64,000 nt of DNA, taken from the human T2T-CHM13v2.0 reference genome, Homo sapiens. Where the stretch lies: assembly GCF_009914755.1 (NCBI RefSeq), contig NC_060930.1; one strand, written 5' to 3'. Each line of letters opens with the position of its first letter. The stretch's first letter is position 1. The notes under the pieces were generated by a model that searched no databases, was not told where the DNA came from, and was given only the letters and a program-made list of their open reading frames with translations. Made by a program: the position numbers and the translations under genes. Below, piece after piece: positions 1-17,358 of this stretch.

Positions 1-86
1 TTCCTCAAGGTATTGATGCTGCGGGGCTCTCCAGTGGATGTCCTATAGTCTATTTCTCTGGAACCACCAAAGACAGGGATTCTTAA

Positions 87-433
<347 letters not shown>

Positions 434-444
434 TAATGATACTA

Positions 445-845
<401 letters not shown>

Positions 846-1001
846 TTTTTTTTAAGTTATTTGCCTCTTTTACTCACATACTCTCACATGTGTGCATTGG
901 AGTTTTCCAGATGTTGAAGACATGATGACATCATCCCTCTGACACCTATTGGAATGTATGTCACAATGTGTATTATTGTGTTTAAAATGCTGTGTTTTAA
1001 G

Positions 1002-1292
1002 GGCCGGGCATGGTGGCTCACACCTGTAATCCCAGCACTCAGGGAGGCCGAGGCAAGCCGATCACTTGAGCCCAGGAGTCAGACCTGGCCAACATGGTGA
1101 AACCTTGTCTCTATGAAAAATAAAAAAATTAGCCAGACATGGTGGTGCATGCCTGTAATCCCAGCTACTAGGAAACTGAGGCAGGAGAATCACTTGAATT
1201 TGGGAGGCGGAGGTTGCAGTGAGCCAAGATTGTACCACTACACTCCAGCCAGGGCAACAGAGCGAGACTCTCATTTAAAAAAAAAAAAAAAA
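1002..1292 (+). mobile_element. Alu
   Basis: Alu consensus with A tail. Confidence 0.9.
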
Positions 1293-1296
1293 CCTG

Positions 1297-1608
<312 letters not shown>

Positions 1609-1925
1609 TAAATGCTAAGTGTTGATAGATATAACTCACATAAATAAAAACTCTCTGGGATTCTCAATTATTTTCAAGAGTATAAGAAGGTCATGAGACC
1701 AAAACATCTGAGAATTGCTGCTCTAAGATAACCAAATCTACCCTGGGAGGAAAAGGCTGAGGTTTTAAAGCACAAGTTATTTTCAAATTATATTTTTAGA
1801 CATTAAACACGTGTGCATGCACGCACACACACACGTAGAGAAGTCAGTGAGAATGGTTAAGTGAGGACTTCTGAAAATCCCTCCCTCCATAAAAGCAGTA
1901 AACACTGGCAAAGATTGGCAGAAAA

Positions 1926-2222
<297 letters not shown>

Positions 2223-4693
2223 TTGCCAGAATCAACTTTCTCAGAACTCTGTAAATTAACCTAAGGCTTGCAGCAATCAGAGTGAATTTTATTCAAGAAA
2301 AATGGCTGAACCTCAGTAAGAACAGTACGTTTTATAGGCATTTTAACATGTCCTATTACACTACCACCACCCCACCACAGCTCTGCAGTAGCCTAGAAAC
2401 CACCCCACAATCACAGTGAAAAACAGCGCCTGACAGTCACTGGAGGGAATAGAAAGGGGTTGGGGCTCCTTCAAAACCCCATTCCTAGAGAATTGTCATT
2501 ACTAGACCTGCCTGGTTGTTCCTTGTGTAGGGGAGGGAAAAATCTGCTTCTCTTTACCCCTCTAGGTTATTTGGCTAGGCTATTAATTAAATTTATCTAA
2601 AACAGATTAATAGGAGAAAAACCATTTTAATTACATGCATATGTACAGGAGTCCCTCAAATCTCAAAATATGAGACTCAAAGAAGGGCCGGATGATTGAA
2701 GTTAATATAGCATCCTGAGCTACAGAAAGGAGGAAGTCAGGGCTTCTGGGAAACGATGGAGACAAATTATGGGATGGTGAGAGAAGAAAATGTATGGTGA
2801 GTAAAGGTTACCTTGTTACAGATAAAAGTTCCCCAAGTGGTAAAACTTGTCTCAAAGCAGTTCTCTTCCTGGTATAAATACCTCTACTAGTAAAAATTTC
2901 TTTTATAGATGTAAATTTTTCTTTACAAAAGGGGTGTTTTATAATTCATTTCAGACAGTTGAGGGGAAGGCAAGGAGATTTTTCTATGTTGGCTGGTCTT
3001 TAATTTCTTTTAGCTCAAAAAGATCAGTATGCCAGGGTGGCATATTTTGAGATGGCATATTCTGGTCTCCTGCACTCATATTTTTGGATGGTGTGTCCTG
3101 AAACTCAGCACCCAGAAGACGTCACTTGCAAGCTTTGTCCTTATTTGATCTGACGCAAAGCTCACCAAGTGTGAACAGGGTTTTCTCTGGGAGCATTTGT
3201 TGACAATAACCAGTGACAATTGTTTAACATCACAGCTGTCTGAGATGGTGGGTAATCATTGGAGCAAACAATAACTAAAAAGCTTAATAGGAAAGGCTGA
3301 GGAGTGAAATATATACAGAGGGCTTTGAAAATCTCTGACGTATTTCTTGGATTCTAGAAGTCCACACATATACATAGGGTTGTGCACATGCCCAGGGCTG
3401 TGTGTGTGCTCTGGAAAGACCTGAGAAGGCCCTAAGTTCTCACTCTAGCTGATCTTGAGGCTCTGTGTGGCCTCATCCTTCACAGGATGGGGACCCACTG
3501 CCACCACCACCAAATTCCTGGTCTCAGAGTCATGTAGAGAGGGCCTGGCCATCTTGACTACCACAGCACAGCACACTCTACCCCATGCCTGGTGGTAAAT
3601 GAGCTCTTCCCTCTGGTCACATAAAAGGACCTCTTCCAGTTGCCCCATTGACACCCATTTTAGGCCCCAAACCCACCTCTCTTCCCGATTAAACTGTTGC
3701 CTTAGTAGCTCATTAGCTTATAACCATAGGGCGAAGTCCCGTCTCAGGGAAACTATTGCTGCCACAGGGTTGTCAACCAAGGAGAAAAGTGTGAGAAAAT
3801 GACATGTTGTAAACCACTTGCTTTAACATCAGGGTGGCACATTCAACCTAATGCTTGATTGACACTGTACGCTTGGACTTACAGTCCTCTCTCTATATAT
3901 ATGGGGGGGGGGTGGGGGGAGAGAGAGAGAGACAGAGAGAGAACTACGGGGCCTCCTAAGGAGAAGAGGAAACCACAAATGAAGGTCAGAGACAGAAGTG
4001 GATAGAAAGCTGGGAGAGGGAAACAGCTGTGAGCCTGATTAAATCCCACCATGACAGCTATGAGGCCCAGGAGTTGACAGCCCATTTCCACCCAACCTCA
4101 AAGATTTCCAGTCCACGCTGGAAATCTCCAGGCCTAGAACTGGGATGAAGGAATATTGTACTCTAAGTTTCCAGGAGAACAAACTCATGATAAGCTGACT
4201 TGGTTCAGGTGATCCTAGAATAACTAAGGCTGTAGGCATGGTTACCCATGACCTGAGTTTGAGCTTACTGGCAAGCAAGTAAGTAGTGAACCCGGGCTAT
4301 CATTAGGTTCATCCTCAGTAGCTGGAGGGGACTAAAAGTGAGCCGGGCATCTAAAGTGATGGCTTCAAGGGTAGTGTTTTGGATTCAAACCAATTCAATA
4401 ATGCATTTTTGTAATAATGACCTGGAAAAAAAATGTTTTAAAAAAATAAACTTATCAATGTTGGTCAAAACCATCATTAATGCAGTAGTCAGATCTGGAA
4501 ATATTTAATAGGAAAGTATAAAAACCGGTCTTTTATGGCTGCAGCTCTAGAGGAGTTGTATGCTTTTTTCATTTATTTCTGGTATTGCTGATACTCTTTG
4601 AACAGTTTTGTTTAAAGAAAGGGTACAACACTAAGTTTCAGGAAGAGAGAAATTCAGCCGTGGTCTCGCTGGTTGTATTTTTAAAAAGTCATT

Positions 4694-5063
4694 TTATTAG
4701 ACCATTTTCACATTGCTATAAAGAACTATTTGAGACTGGGTAATTTATAAATAAAAGAGATTTAATTGACTCACAGTTCTGCATGGCTGTGAGGCCTCGG
4801 GAAACTTACAGTTGTGGCAAAAGGTGAAGGAAAAGCAAGCACCTTCTTCACAAGGCAGCAGGAGAGAGAGAGGGAGGGGTGAGAGGGAAAGTGTCACACT
4901 TTTAAACCATCAGATCTCGTAAGAACTCATTCACTATCACGAGAACAGCATGGTGGAAACTGCCCCCATGATCCAATCACCTCCCGTCACGTCCCTTCTT
5001 CAACACATGGGGATTAAAATTAAAGATGAGATTTGAGTGGGGACACAGATCCAAACCATATCA
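4694..5063 (-). mobile_element. MaLR LTR (MST/THE1-type)
   Basis: GAGACTGGGTAATTTATAAA...CCCCCATGATCCAATCACCTCCC...CCAAACCATATCA. Confidence 0.85.
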
Positions 5064-5216
5064 GTCTTATCTTCATGGTGTCTCTGTTTCTTCATCTGTA
5101 CAAAGAGAGTTAAACCTGAGGACTTTTTAAAATGAATTTGTGTGTGCATGTGTGTTTAAGTTATAGAATGTTTCTATTCACTCTTTTAGAGTTCTCATGA
5201 CAACCCTGTGAGACAG

Positions 5217-5445
<229 letters not shown>

Positions 5446-7136
5446 AGATAGAGATTATTAAGTCCATATTGTGGTTGATAAAACTGAGGTCTGGAAAATT
5501 TAAGTCTTTTCGTTTCTGAATATTTCCAGATAAAATAAAAAAGAAACTGTTTTGTTTTTTCTTTTCTAAATCCTACTCATCTATATCAATTAGCTATTGT
5601 TGCTTAGTAAACCATTCAAAAACTCAGTGGCTTTAAAAAGCAAGCATATCTATTGCTTACATTTCTACAAGATGACTTGGGTTTGGCTAATCTAAGTTAA
5701 GTTCAGATAGGGTGCTCTACTTCTCACCTGCCAGTTTATGTGTCAACTGGAATACCTCTGCTCTATGAATCTACCAACCTCCTGGGACCAGTAAGCAAGC
5801 CAAGGTATCTACTTCTCATGCTGCCAGCAGAGACAGAAGAGGATGAGAAGTGACAGTCGTGAGGCTTTTAAGTCCTATGATTAGAACTGGCACACTATCA
5901 TTCTCACCCACATGCTACTGGCCAAAAAAGTCATATGGGCAAGCCTAGAGTCAAGAGGTAGGACATATATTTCACCCATGAAGAAGCATTGCAAAGGTTT
6001 CAGGGATGGCCAATAAGTCCTTCAACCACAACCTATCTCTAGGCCATAATTATTCATGTCTCTCACACATACAAAAATATCAATACATTCAATCCCAATC
6101 ACGGGACCTTCAAAAGTCTTACCCATCCTGTCATCATTCTTAAAGTCCAGCACCTCATGTTCTACCTGAGGCTTGATCCAGCTCCTCTTGATCTGGAGAC
6201 CAATGAACAAAAAAAGGGTAAGTCCATCCACCATCAGCATAGATCCCTGCATTACACACACACACCCAATGTACAATGGTGGAATAGAGGCAGAATTACC
6301 ACATTAACTTCCGTTTGAGAGAGAATTATTGGAGACCCATAGCTGTCACAGTTCCACAGCAATTATGAAATGAAATCCCACTGGGCAAATGTTGCCATTC
6401 TTCCTTACTTTGTGATAGAGTCTGTTCCTTGATTAGGCTGTGGTTCTGTTCACTGGGAGTGGCTCTGGTGTCCTTGTCCTCCACAGCTCTTGGTTCCACC
6501 CTTTGGGAGAGTCTTCATTTTCCATCCTCCTCAGCCCCTTCTGAAGAGAACTTTAGAGAATAAACCATTTTGGTCTGCTGAGTAACTTTCTCGGCCAGCT
6601 TCATGGCATTCAAAATTGGGAGTCCAAACAATCTCAGTCTCTTCTAATGTAGGCTGACTTTGTCAATACAGTTTTCTCAAGGCTTTGTGAGTTTTCTTTG
6701 TATTTGATTTGAGTTCACTCGCATGTCAAAAGCAACACCCAAATTATTTTAGAGAAATACCTCTTTCTCTAAATCTTATTTGGGGTACAGCAAGCTGTTA
6801 TGGGTCCACACCCTTTAAGCTACCCAGAAACCCTCTTGTACATTACCTTATTCCTTTCAAGGGATTTGAAAAGTATTTTGGTCTACACTGGGCTGTAATA
6901 ATAACAGTAATAATAATAATAAAGAAGTATGTTACAGCCACACCCATCATTTGATCTTAAGCCAGAAGCCATATCTTACATGGCAGTCCCTGAATTTCAT
7001 CTTTGCTCCCAGAGTATGTCAACTGCTGGCTGGAGATCTACTGTCTCATCTACACTCATAGATGAAAAACAGTTTTATTTTTCAACCCAGAAGCTCAAAG
7101 TTCTTTATCTTCTAAATTCTACTTAAAAGCTTGCCT

Positions 7137-7437
7137 GGGCCGTGCCCAGTGGCTCACACCTATAATCCTAGTACCTTGGGAGGCCGAGGAGGGTGGATTG
7201 CTTGAGGCCAAGAGTTCAAGACCAGCCTGGGCAACATGGCAAAACCCTGTCTCTACTAAAAATACAAAAATTAGCCGGGTGTGGTGGTGCATCCCTGTAG
7301 TCCCGGCTACTAGGGAGGCTGAGGCACAAGAATCACTTGAGCCTGGGAGGCAGAGGTTGCAGTGAGCGAGATCGATATTGCACCAGTGCACTCCAGCCTG
7401 GGTGACAGGGCAAGACCCTGTCTCAAAAAAAACAAAA
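7137..7437 (+). mobile_element. Alu
   Basis: Alu consensus. Confidence 0.9.
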
Positions 7438-7654
7438 CTTGCCCATTCTTTCCTGAGCCCACCTCTTTCCTGCAGTATCTTGTATGCAACTAAAAGCAAT
7501 TAACTCACATATCCAACATTTTGCCTGGAAATTTCTTTGCCTAAATCCAAAAGTTCATTAGATGACATTTTATATCTCTCAAGTTCTACAGGCAACAGTT
7601 TGAATAAATATTTGGTAAATACATAACACAGGTCGCCATTTCTTCTAGCCTTCT

Positions 7655-8961
7655 CTGAGGGAAAAAAGCAGGTTTTCTCTCCCTCTACTCACACACTCAA
7701 ACACAGAACACTTTTGTGATCAGACATATGGGGTTGGCCTCTGCTAACCACAAGGCAATTATCCAGTGGACACCAATTGGGTATCTTATAATTCTATTCT
7801 GACACCATCTACCTGGAGATAGTGACAGATCTCACAAGTTGGGGGCTGGGTCCAATAAGACTGCACCCACTTCAGATGCCATTCTAAAATCTGCGCCACC
7901 CATTCTTCTGACCCAACAGCTACAAACCAGGGTTTCCACGACCTCTTTTTAGCAGGGAGGTTCATTAATTTGCTAGGATGACTCAAAACTCAGAGAAATG
8001 CTTACTTACATTTACTTGTTTATTCACTTATTTTTATTTATTTATTTTTTTTTGCTAAACATCTCCTTGCAGACATTTACTGGGTTATTGTAAAGAATAT
8101 TACAAAAGATAAGCTCCACAGCCAGATGAAGAGATGGACAGGACAAGGTATGTGTGTGGATGGGAGGGCGACACGGAGTGTCCATGCCCTTTCTGGGCAT
8201 ACCATTCTCTAAGCACCTCCATGTGCTAAACAATCTGGAAGCTCACAGAGAGCTGTAGTTGTATAGTTATTGTCAGGCCTCTGAGCCCAAGCTAAGCCAT
8301 CATATCCCCTGTGACCTGCACGTATACATCCAGATGACCTGAAGCAACTGAAGATCCACAAAAGAAGTGAAACTAGCTTTAACTGATGACATTCTACCAT
8401 TGTGATTTGTTGCTGCCCCACCCTAACTGATACGATATAGTTTCCCCGGCCCTTAAGAAGGTACTTTGTAATATTCTCCCCCACCCTTAAGAATGTACTT
8501 TGTACACCTATCCCAAACCTATAAGAACTAGTGATAACCCCACCACCCTTTGCTGACTCATTTTTCGGACTCAGCTCGCCTGCACCCAGGTGAAATAAAT
8601 AGCCTTGTTGCTCACACAAAGCCTGTTTGGTGGTCTCTTCACAGTGACAGGTGTGACAGTTATATAGTTGTATAGTTTGTGTAGAGCTTTGTCTGCAAAC
8701 CCCATACCATTTCCTGGAGGTTGGCCAGTGGTGCTAAAAGTTCTAACCCTCTACTCCTCTGATCACTTAGTCTTTCTGGTGATTGGCCCTGTCCTGAGGC
8801 TATCTAGGGGCCCTACCCTAACTTATCGAATTTAATAGCTCAGGTGTTATCTAATTGGCTCACTATGAATAACAAAAGACACTCCTAAGAATTTTCACTC
8901 AGGACATTTCAAGGGTTTTTTTCTCAGTACAAAGACCAAATATATTTCATATTATACCACA
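7655..8961. mobile_element. Older MER21-like LTR element interrupted by the LTR7
   Basis: Recalled MER21-type motifs (CTGACACCATCTACCTGGAGATAG...CCCACTTCAGATGCC...AAGACCAAATATATTTC). Confidence 0.6.
8271..8658 (+). mobile_element. HERV-H solo LTR (LTR7 family)
   Basis: Starts TGTCAGGCCTCTGAGCCCAAGCTAAGCCATC, has AATAAA, ends TGACA; 5-bp TSD GTTAT on both sides. Confidence 0.88.
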
Positions 8962-9417
8962 CCTTCCATAACAGTTTCCAGCCATTTTCAGCTTCCTATT
9001 AAGATTTTTTTTAGCTCCCGCCTATCCAAAATCAATGCCACGTATTTTTGGTTTTCAATATTGTAACACCTCACTTTCAAGTATCAATTTCTGTATTGTG
9101 TAGCCATCGCTGAGTAAAAAATCACCCCAAACTCACTGACTTACAACAACTCTTATTATTGTTCATCTTTTGGGTCTCAGCTGAGTGTGGCTGATCTAGT
9201 CTGATGATGAGTTCTCATGCCTTCAGGGTCCCCCCTTCCAACACCTGCCTAAATTAAAAAAACAAAACAAAACCAACACCTTCATAGCAGTGACCACATG
9301 GCCAGAGTTAGCCACTTATTCCAGAGTTTTTAGAGATATGAAACTTGCTCCAAAAATCTCCACTTAAAGAAACTGAAGATTAAGAAACAAAACAAAACAA
9401 AAACAAAAAACACAGAT

Positions 9418-10465
<1,048 letters not shown>

Positions 10466-11343
10466 CCAATACCTGAAGGAAAGTAACATCTCAATAGTGC
10501 CTGTTTAAAAAGCAGAGAGGGGCTCCTCAGGAAGCTGACTTATTCCTGATTCTGTGTGACTCTTGAGAAGGTAGAGAAAGGGAAGACAGAAGAATCTCCA
10601 AAGACGAGACCCCTTGCCACTTCATGTCACATTTTCCCCATTCCTACTCACCTCCCCTTATTCTCACTTTCCTGATCCTCCTCATTTCCCATACTGTATT
10701 TATTAGCTTGGAGGGATTTAAACATCAACTCCAATGGTTTATTTTTTTTGTTTCTTTTTTTCACAAGCCCTTTCTCATAATATCTCTTGCTTATCTCCCT
10801 CCTTCTCTCTCTCAGAAAGATTCAAAACTTTTTTGAGATGATCAGGTTGGACTTGGAGCCACTGTTTCTTGCTGTAGGAGGGAAGAATGGATTGGAGGAC
10901 AGATGCAGCAGTCACAGAAGGCCCTGAGTCGCCCCCGACTCCCACACCAATCGTGCAATTAGGGGGAAAATACTTCCTCAGAGTTTCTCATCAACTTTTC
11001 TGGGGTATTTTGTTTTAGCTCCCTTACTCTAAGAGTGATTCTCTGCTCAGTGACTGTAACATGCCTCAGACTTCCCATTTAGACAATAATTTTTCTTTCA
11101 GAAATGAAATGGGGGGAAAACAGAAACGATGAATTTACTTCCTGGTCCATTTCACCATACCAGGCTATTTGTCAGGAATGTTCCATCCTGGTGGGGATTT
11201 AAACCTTAAACATGTGCTTGGATTCACACACTTTATGATGATTTCCAATCAAAAGTCATCTAAATGTATACATCTGGAATCTAGAAAATGATTCTAGGTT
11301 TTTCAAAATGGAAGGGACAATAAAAGTTATAAAAGCCAAATAT

Positions 11344-11649
<306 letters not shown>

Positions 11650-11981
11650 TTAGACCTGAAAGAGAATGAGGGCTCTGATTGAGAAAGAAAAAAAGCAGGC
11701 CTGACAGCTATCAGCTGAGAACAGGTCAGGCACTCCCAGCTAGGCTGTGTGTTTCCTACTGAAAGTAAGAAACTTCACAGAGCACTAAATATCAAACAAG
11801 GCTATTCTGTGACTGTGACTGAGTGAGATAAAAACAAGACCACTTCATAATCATGCCAGAGCACAGACAAAATGACCATACATACCCCTCTCCTGGCTAA
11901 CCAGAGTAACTGCTGCTTCTTTACCAACTACAACTTGAGCCTTCTCTGTTCTCCTACCTCCTAATAAAAAGCACTGGAATA

Positions 11982-12272
11982 GGGCCGGGCACGGTGGCTC
12001 ACTCCCATAATCCCAGCACTTTGGGAGGCAGAGGCAGGAGGATAGCTTGAGCCCAGGAGTTCAAGACCAGCATAGTGAGACCCTATTTCTACCAAAAATA
12101 CAAAAATTAGCTGGGTTTGATGGTACACACCTGTAATCCCAGTTACTGAGGAGGTTGAGGAGGGAGGATCGCTTGAGCCCGGGAGGTGGAGGTTTCAGTG
12201 ACCTGAGATGGCACCACTGCACTCCATCCTGGGTGACAAAGTGACACCTTGTCTCAAAAACAAAAACACACA
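11982..12272 (+). mobile_element. AluJ-like
   Basis: Alu consensus. Confidence 0.9.
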
Positions 12273-12643
12273 AAACATTGTCTAATGCTTCATGACATTC
12301 ATCCAGATCAATCCATTGCTTTCTTGAACATCTCCCAAATCACCTACAACAAATTCCTCCCATACTTTCTCGTGGGTGATGTGCTCCACCTTCCAATTCC
12401 CCATGGTGTGTGGAATCTGCCCACAGTGTGTGGAATCCAGGCTGCTGTAACAAGTATCCATAAACCCACTTGGTTGGGCTCCAGGGGGCTCCAGCTGATG
12501 AGGTTCAGCACGGCCACAGGTCAGAGCCCACTATAATCCTCCCAGTGCCACTCTACCCACCCCAAACTTGGCCCTAAGACTTTTCGTTCCCAGGTACAGC
12601 AAAATTTCCTAGCATCTAAAGCCAAAAGGAACTTCCCACAGAT

Positions 12644-13919
12644 TTCTAAGAACAAAAACTGAAACAAAAAGCAAGTTCATGATTTACTGATAATGTTTCA
12701 GTAATCAGGTATTCACAGAAGGGAACAGTTGTTTCATTGTGTGTTTCATGCACACATTCCATCTTCCTTCCGACATCTTTAACTCAAATGATAATTTTTT
12801 TTTTCATTTTCTAAATACACTCATCAAAGGGCTTGAAAAATTCTGAGTTTTTACCCCTATTGTTCCACAGACAACAAACCTTTTATAAACCCCTCCGTTA
12901 CTGCAAAATGGAAAAGAGCACAATTGTGTCCAGGTCAGAGAGTCTTCACTTCTCCAGGATTCTGAGCTCCTTCCTCCCAAGGGCTCAAGGCCTCACGATA
13001 TATGAAAATGAAGAATATTTGAGACCCTGTCTCTACCAAAAAAAGGAAAGTAGGGTGAAGTCAGGACAATAATGAATTCATAGGCTGCTCCTAAGATGTC
13101 TAAGTCTTGCATTTTCACATTTATCATAGCCTGTCCTCGCGCGGGAGAATGTACACCTGTTTTGGAAGGATCTACCCCACCAGGTAACAGTAAGAAAGAC
13201 TAAGATGAACAGATATGGAAGATAGCTCAGAGGCTGCAATGGGATAAATTCTGGGCAGAACTCAAACAGTGGTCCACGCAACCTTGATCCCTTCCCTGAA
13301 CTCTTTCTCTCTTACTCAATCCAACCTCAATTTATTGGCTCCCATAAGTTCCCTGTCTACCCCTCTTGTTCTAGGAACTCTCCATTTCAAAAGTACTTCC
13401 AAGAATATAATTCAGGGACGTCCACACTCTACCAGATCTCAGCCTTTTGCTTCCCCAGGGCAAACCCCTGCTAACCCCTCTTCCACACAGAAGTCCACCA
13501 TCTTCATCTCCACACCATCTTCACTTCACTTCCCCTCCACCTTCACATATGCAAGCTGTTGTGCATAAATTACACAAATTATAATTATAACATTATACAA
13601 ACTCTGTATGTATAATTTTAACACGGGCTTGGTAAATAGCGGAATTATGTCACTGTAATAATGTTGAAGCACCATTAGGTCATATCTGATTATTACTACC
13701 ATATCAATAGTGTGTGCCCCCAAGAAAGAGCAGCTGACCACAAAGCTCACTAGTAAGCCACAGAAGAATACAGTATTGTACATGATGCCCATTCACCCCA
13801 GTCCTTTGTCTTGGCTCAGTATGGCCACATGTATAACAAGCCCAAGACCTTGAGCCACAACCATCCCTCAGAGGCATCTCCATAATTCATGCAAAGCTGG
13901 TAGCTGCCTCTTCACAGAA
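12644..13919. promoter_or_regulatory. Candidate STAT5/GR enhancer upstream of BTN1A1
   Basis: TTCN3GAA at 12644, 12712, 13369, 13397 and 13911 in apparently unique sequence. Confidence 0.45.
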
Positions 13920-13951
13920 AGCTTCTGAATAAGGAGCAAGATAAAGAGCTA

Positions 13952-14070
13952 TAGCTGGGTGGGTGCAGTGGCACGTGCCTGTATTCCTAGCTACTGGAGA
14001 GGCTGAAGTGGGAAGTCCCTTGAGCCCAGGAATTTTGAGTCCAGCCTGGGCAACATAGCAAGACCACCCC
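13952..14070 (+). mobile_element. FLAM / Alu monomer
   Basis: Single Alu monomer; flanking AAAGAGCT(A/G)TAG repeats. Confidence 0.7.
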
Positions 14071-14903
14071 CCAACCCCACACCCTACACCGAACACCACC
14101 CCCACTCAAGAAAGAGAAAAAAAAAAAGAGCTGTAGGCAGTAGATCTTGCCCTGTGGACCTGTGGACCAGAGCAACTAGCAGTGAGAATCCTGGTCCTAT
14201 TCCAGACCTACTAAATCAGAATCTCTTTTTCAGTAAGACCCAAGTGCTGCTCTGGGAAGAATGAAGAGAGGGGATTGATAAATTACCTGATATGCTTGAC
14301 TATGGAAACTGTGCTTAGAGTCAATTAGAGGAGTGGGAAAAACCTGTGAGGGGAATAAAGAAAACTAAACAAAGGAACAAAAATGAATCATTTCACCCCC
14401 TCCCTACTCCTAAAAAAACAAGAGGTTGTACATGAAAATAAATGTAATCATATATGATACTTGGTCCCGTAAAACTATAGTTACATAGCCACAGTATTGG
14501 AAATATGGAACAGAATTTGTGATGTATTACTACTGGTGGTATAAGAGAGCTAAATCATAATTGATCATAATAGGGTATAGAAAAGTAATATCTAGAAATG
14601 GATATATAGAGAAATAGCAGCATAAATATGGTATTGTCTCTAGAAATATGCAGATAAGTACCAGATAAAACAACTGAGCACTTAAAGAAGCTGTTTCTGG
14701 GGATTCAGGAGTAATAGGTTGGAAGTGGGAAGTGGAACTGACATTTCTTAAAAGCACTTTGTCCCATTTGGTTTTTTTTTAAAATACATGTAATACATAT
14801 AAAGAGCTTTTTTAAAAACTTTGACAGAATGATATTGTCTTGAGAAATATGTAGATAAGTACCACATAAAACAACTGAACCACATTTAAAAAGAAAAGAC
14901 GTT

Positions 14904-15209
<306 letters not shown>

Positions 15210-16295
15210 TCAGTGATGAAAGTCAAGTAAGATGAGAACGAGAGTAACCATTGAATTTGACATGAGGATAACACTGAGAAATTTGAACAGATTATAGTGA
15301 AAAGCAGGGAGGGGAAACAAATGCTGACATTTTATCATTAGGTTCCATATGAAGCATATCATATTCCTCAGCCCAAATGATTTCATGTCTAAGAAGAAGA
15401 AGTTTTTGTTTCTATCTCGCAGTGGGCCTGGGAAGAGCAGGAACTTCCTAAGAGCAGCACCACTTCACAAGGCCTCTCCCATTCAGGAACCATGACAGGC
15501 AGGGGCATCCTAGGGGCATCCTAGAGGTTCTGTTCTCTAAACCTTGGGAAATTTAGAGATCCTGTCTTTCATTGTGTAAGACTGATGACTTGGTTTCTGT
15601 CAAAAAGACCCAGATGCTATCCAATCAAAATAGTGTCTGTTATGCAATAGCTTGAGCTCCAAGTACTTTCTTCTTCTTTCCCCCAGACCCTTTCTTTACA
15701 GTATGGCTCCGTTAGTTGCAAGTAAAAGCTCTTTTTCCCCCCTGAAAACAATGTCTTATGAGAATATGAAGCATGAGACAAAAGTATCATTGAAAGGGGC
15801 TGATAAGAGAAGTGAAATGAGGAAGGGGAAATAGATTATAGGTGATATGATCAGAAAGTTAAGCATGAAGAGGAAAATGGGACAGGAGCCTTTCAAACTA
15901 GGAAGGCTAAGGAACGATGGGTTTGAATGAAGCCACAAATTCTATTTCAGTCTATGTGCTGATGAGAAGACAGGGAGTAAGAACTAGGAAAGCTCAGTTT
16001 AAGAGGGGAAGACAAGCTTGGAAACAAAAGATGACAATAAACACATCTGCTTCTGAAACTAGGGCTCAGATCAGGTGTCTGCCATGAGAAAGGGACCAAG
16101 TGTCACAGGATACACCTGGCCCATCTTCCAGGAAAGCCTACTTCTCTTGGAGGGGACAAAGGCTAATCAGGAGAAGCCCTAGAAGTGAGGTTGCATCTGC
16201 TTGATGCAATGTCTGAAAGACATTGCAGAAGGTGCAGCCCTTACATGAGCTTTTGAGGGAAGAATAGGAGTTCATCATAAAGATAAGAGGGAACA

Positions 16296-16597
<302 letters not shown>

Positions 16598-17358
16598 TTA
16601 AGAAGAGACAGAATATTCTGGAAGGGGGAAGGCAAGCACTGCTATCTGGAGGCCTGAGAGGCATTGTGGGTTGAGGTAACCACACCCACTCCAAATTCAG
16701 CCTGTGGGTGGACAAGCAGGGAAGGAGAAGGGGAATGGAGAAAAAGCCCTCAGGAAAGAAGCAAGGAGACTGCCAGAGTATTTTCTTGACCAGATCAAGC
16801 TAGACCTACAGTATTTTCCTAACCAGATTAAGGTGCATAAACTTGATGCTGAAGTCACTAGGGAGATGTGGAAGGATTTTTAAGCAAAAAGTGATATGAT
16901 CAGATTTGCATTTGGGAAAGATCATTCTCTTGGCAGTCTGGTGGGTGAAATGGAGCAACTGTCTTTTGTCTTAATCACAATTCCAACTCAAAGATAAATA
17001 ACAAAACTGGGAAGAATGTTTGTTACAAATATAATACAGGATTGATATTTTTAAGTTATTAAAATTCACACAGATTGCTAAGAACTAGCACCAGGACCAG
17101 TCTTGAAAACAATGGGCAACTGGCCTGAACAGCTCATTTCTAGAATGTATTAAATGTCTAATTAACACATAAAAAACTCCAGCCTCGCTAACATATAAAG
17201 GCACAATAAATAATAATTTAATTAACTTGACCCATCCCAATAGTAAGGATGTGAAATAATAACTTCTCAGTGCTAGCAGGGATTAGGTGAGGGCACCTCC
17301 ATTGAGGGTGTGATGGATTCAACATTTCAGGAAGGGACTGTAGAAATATGCTGATACT

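Noticed and set aside
3445-4330. Unique-looking segment with short ORFs, possible decayed pseudogene or ERV internal fragment
   Set aside because: No recognisable protein or TSD/poly(A) signature by eye; needs BLASTX or Dfam.
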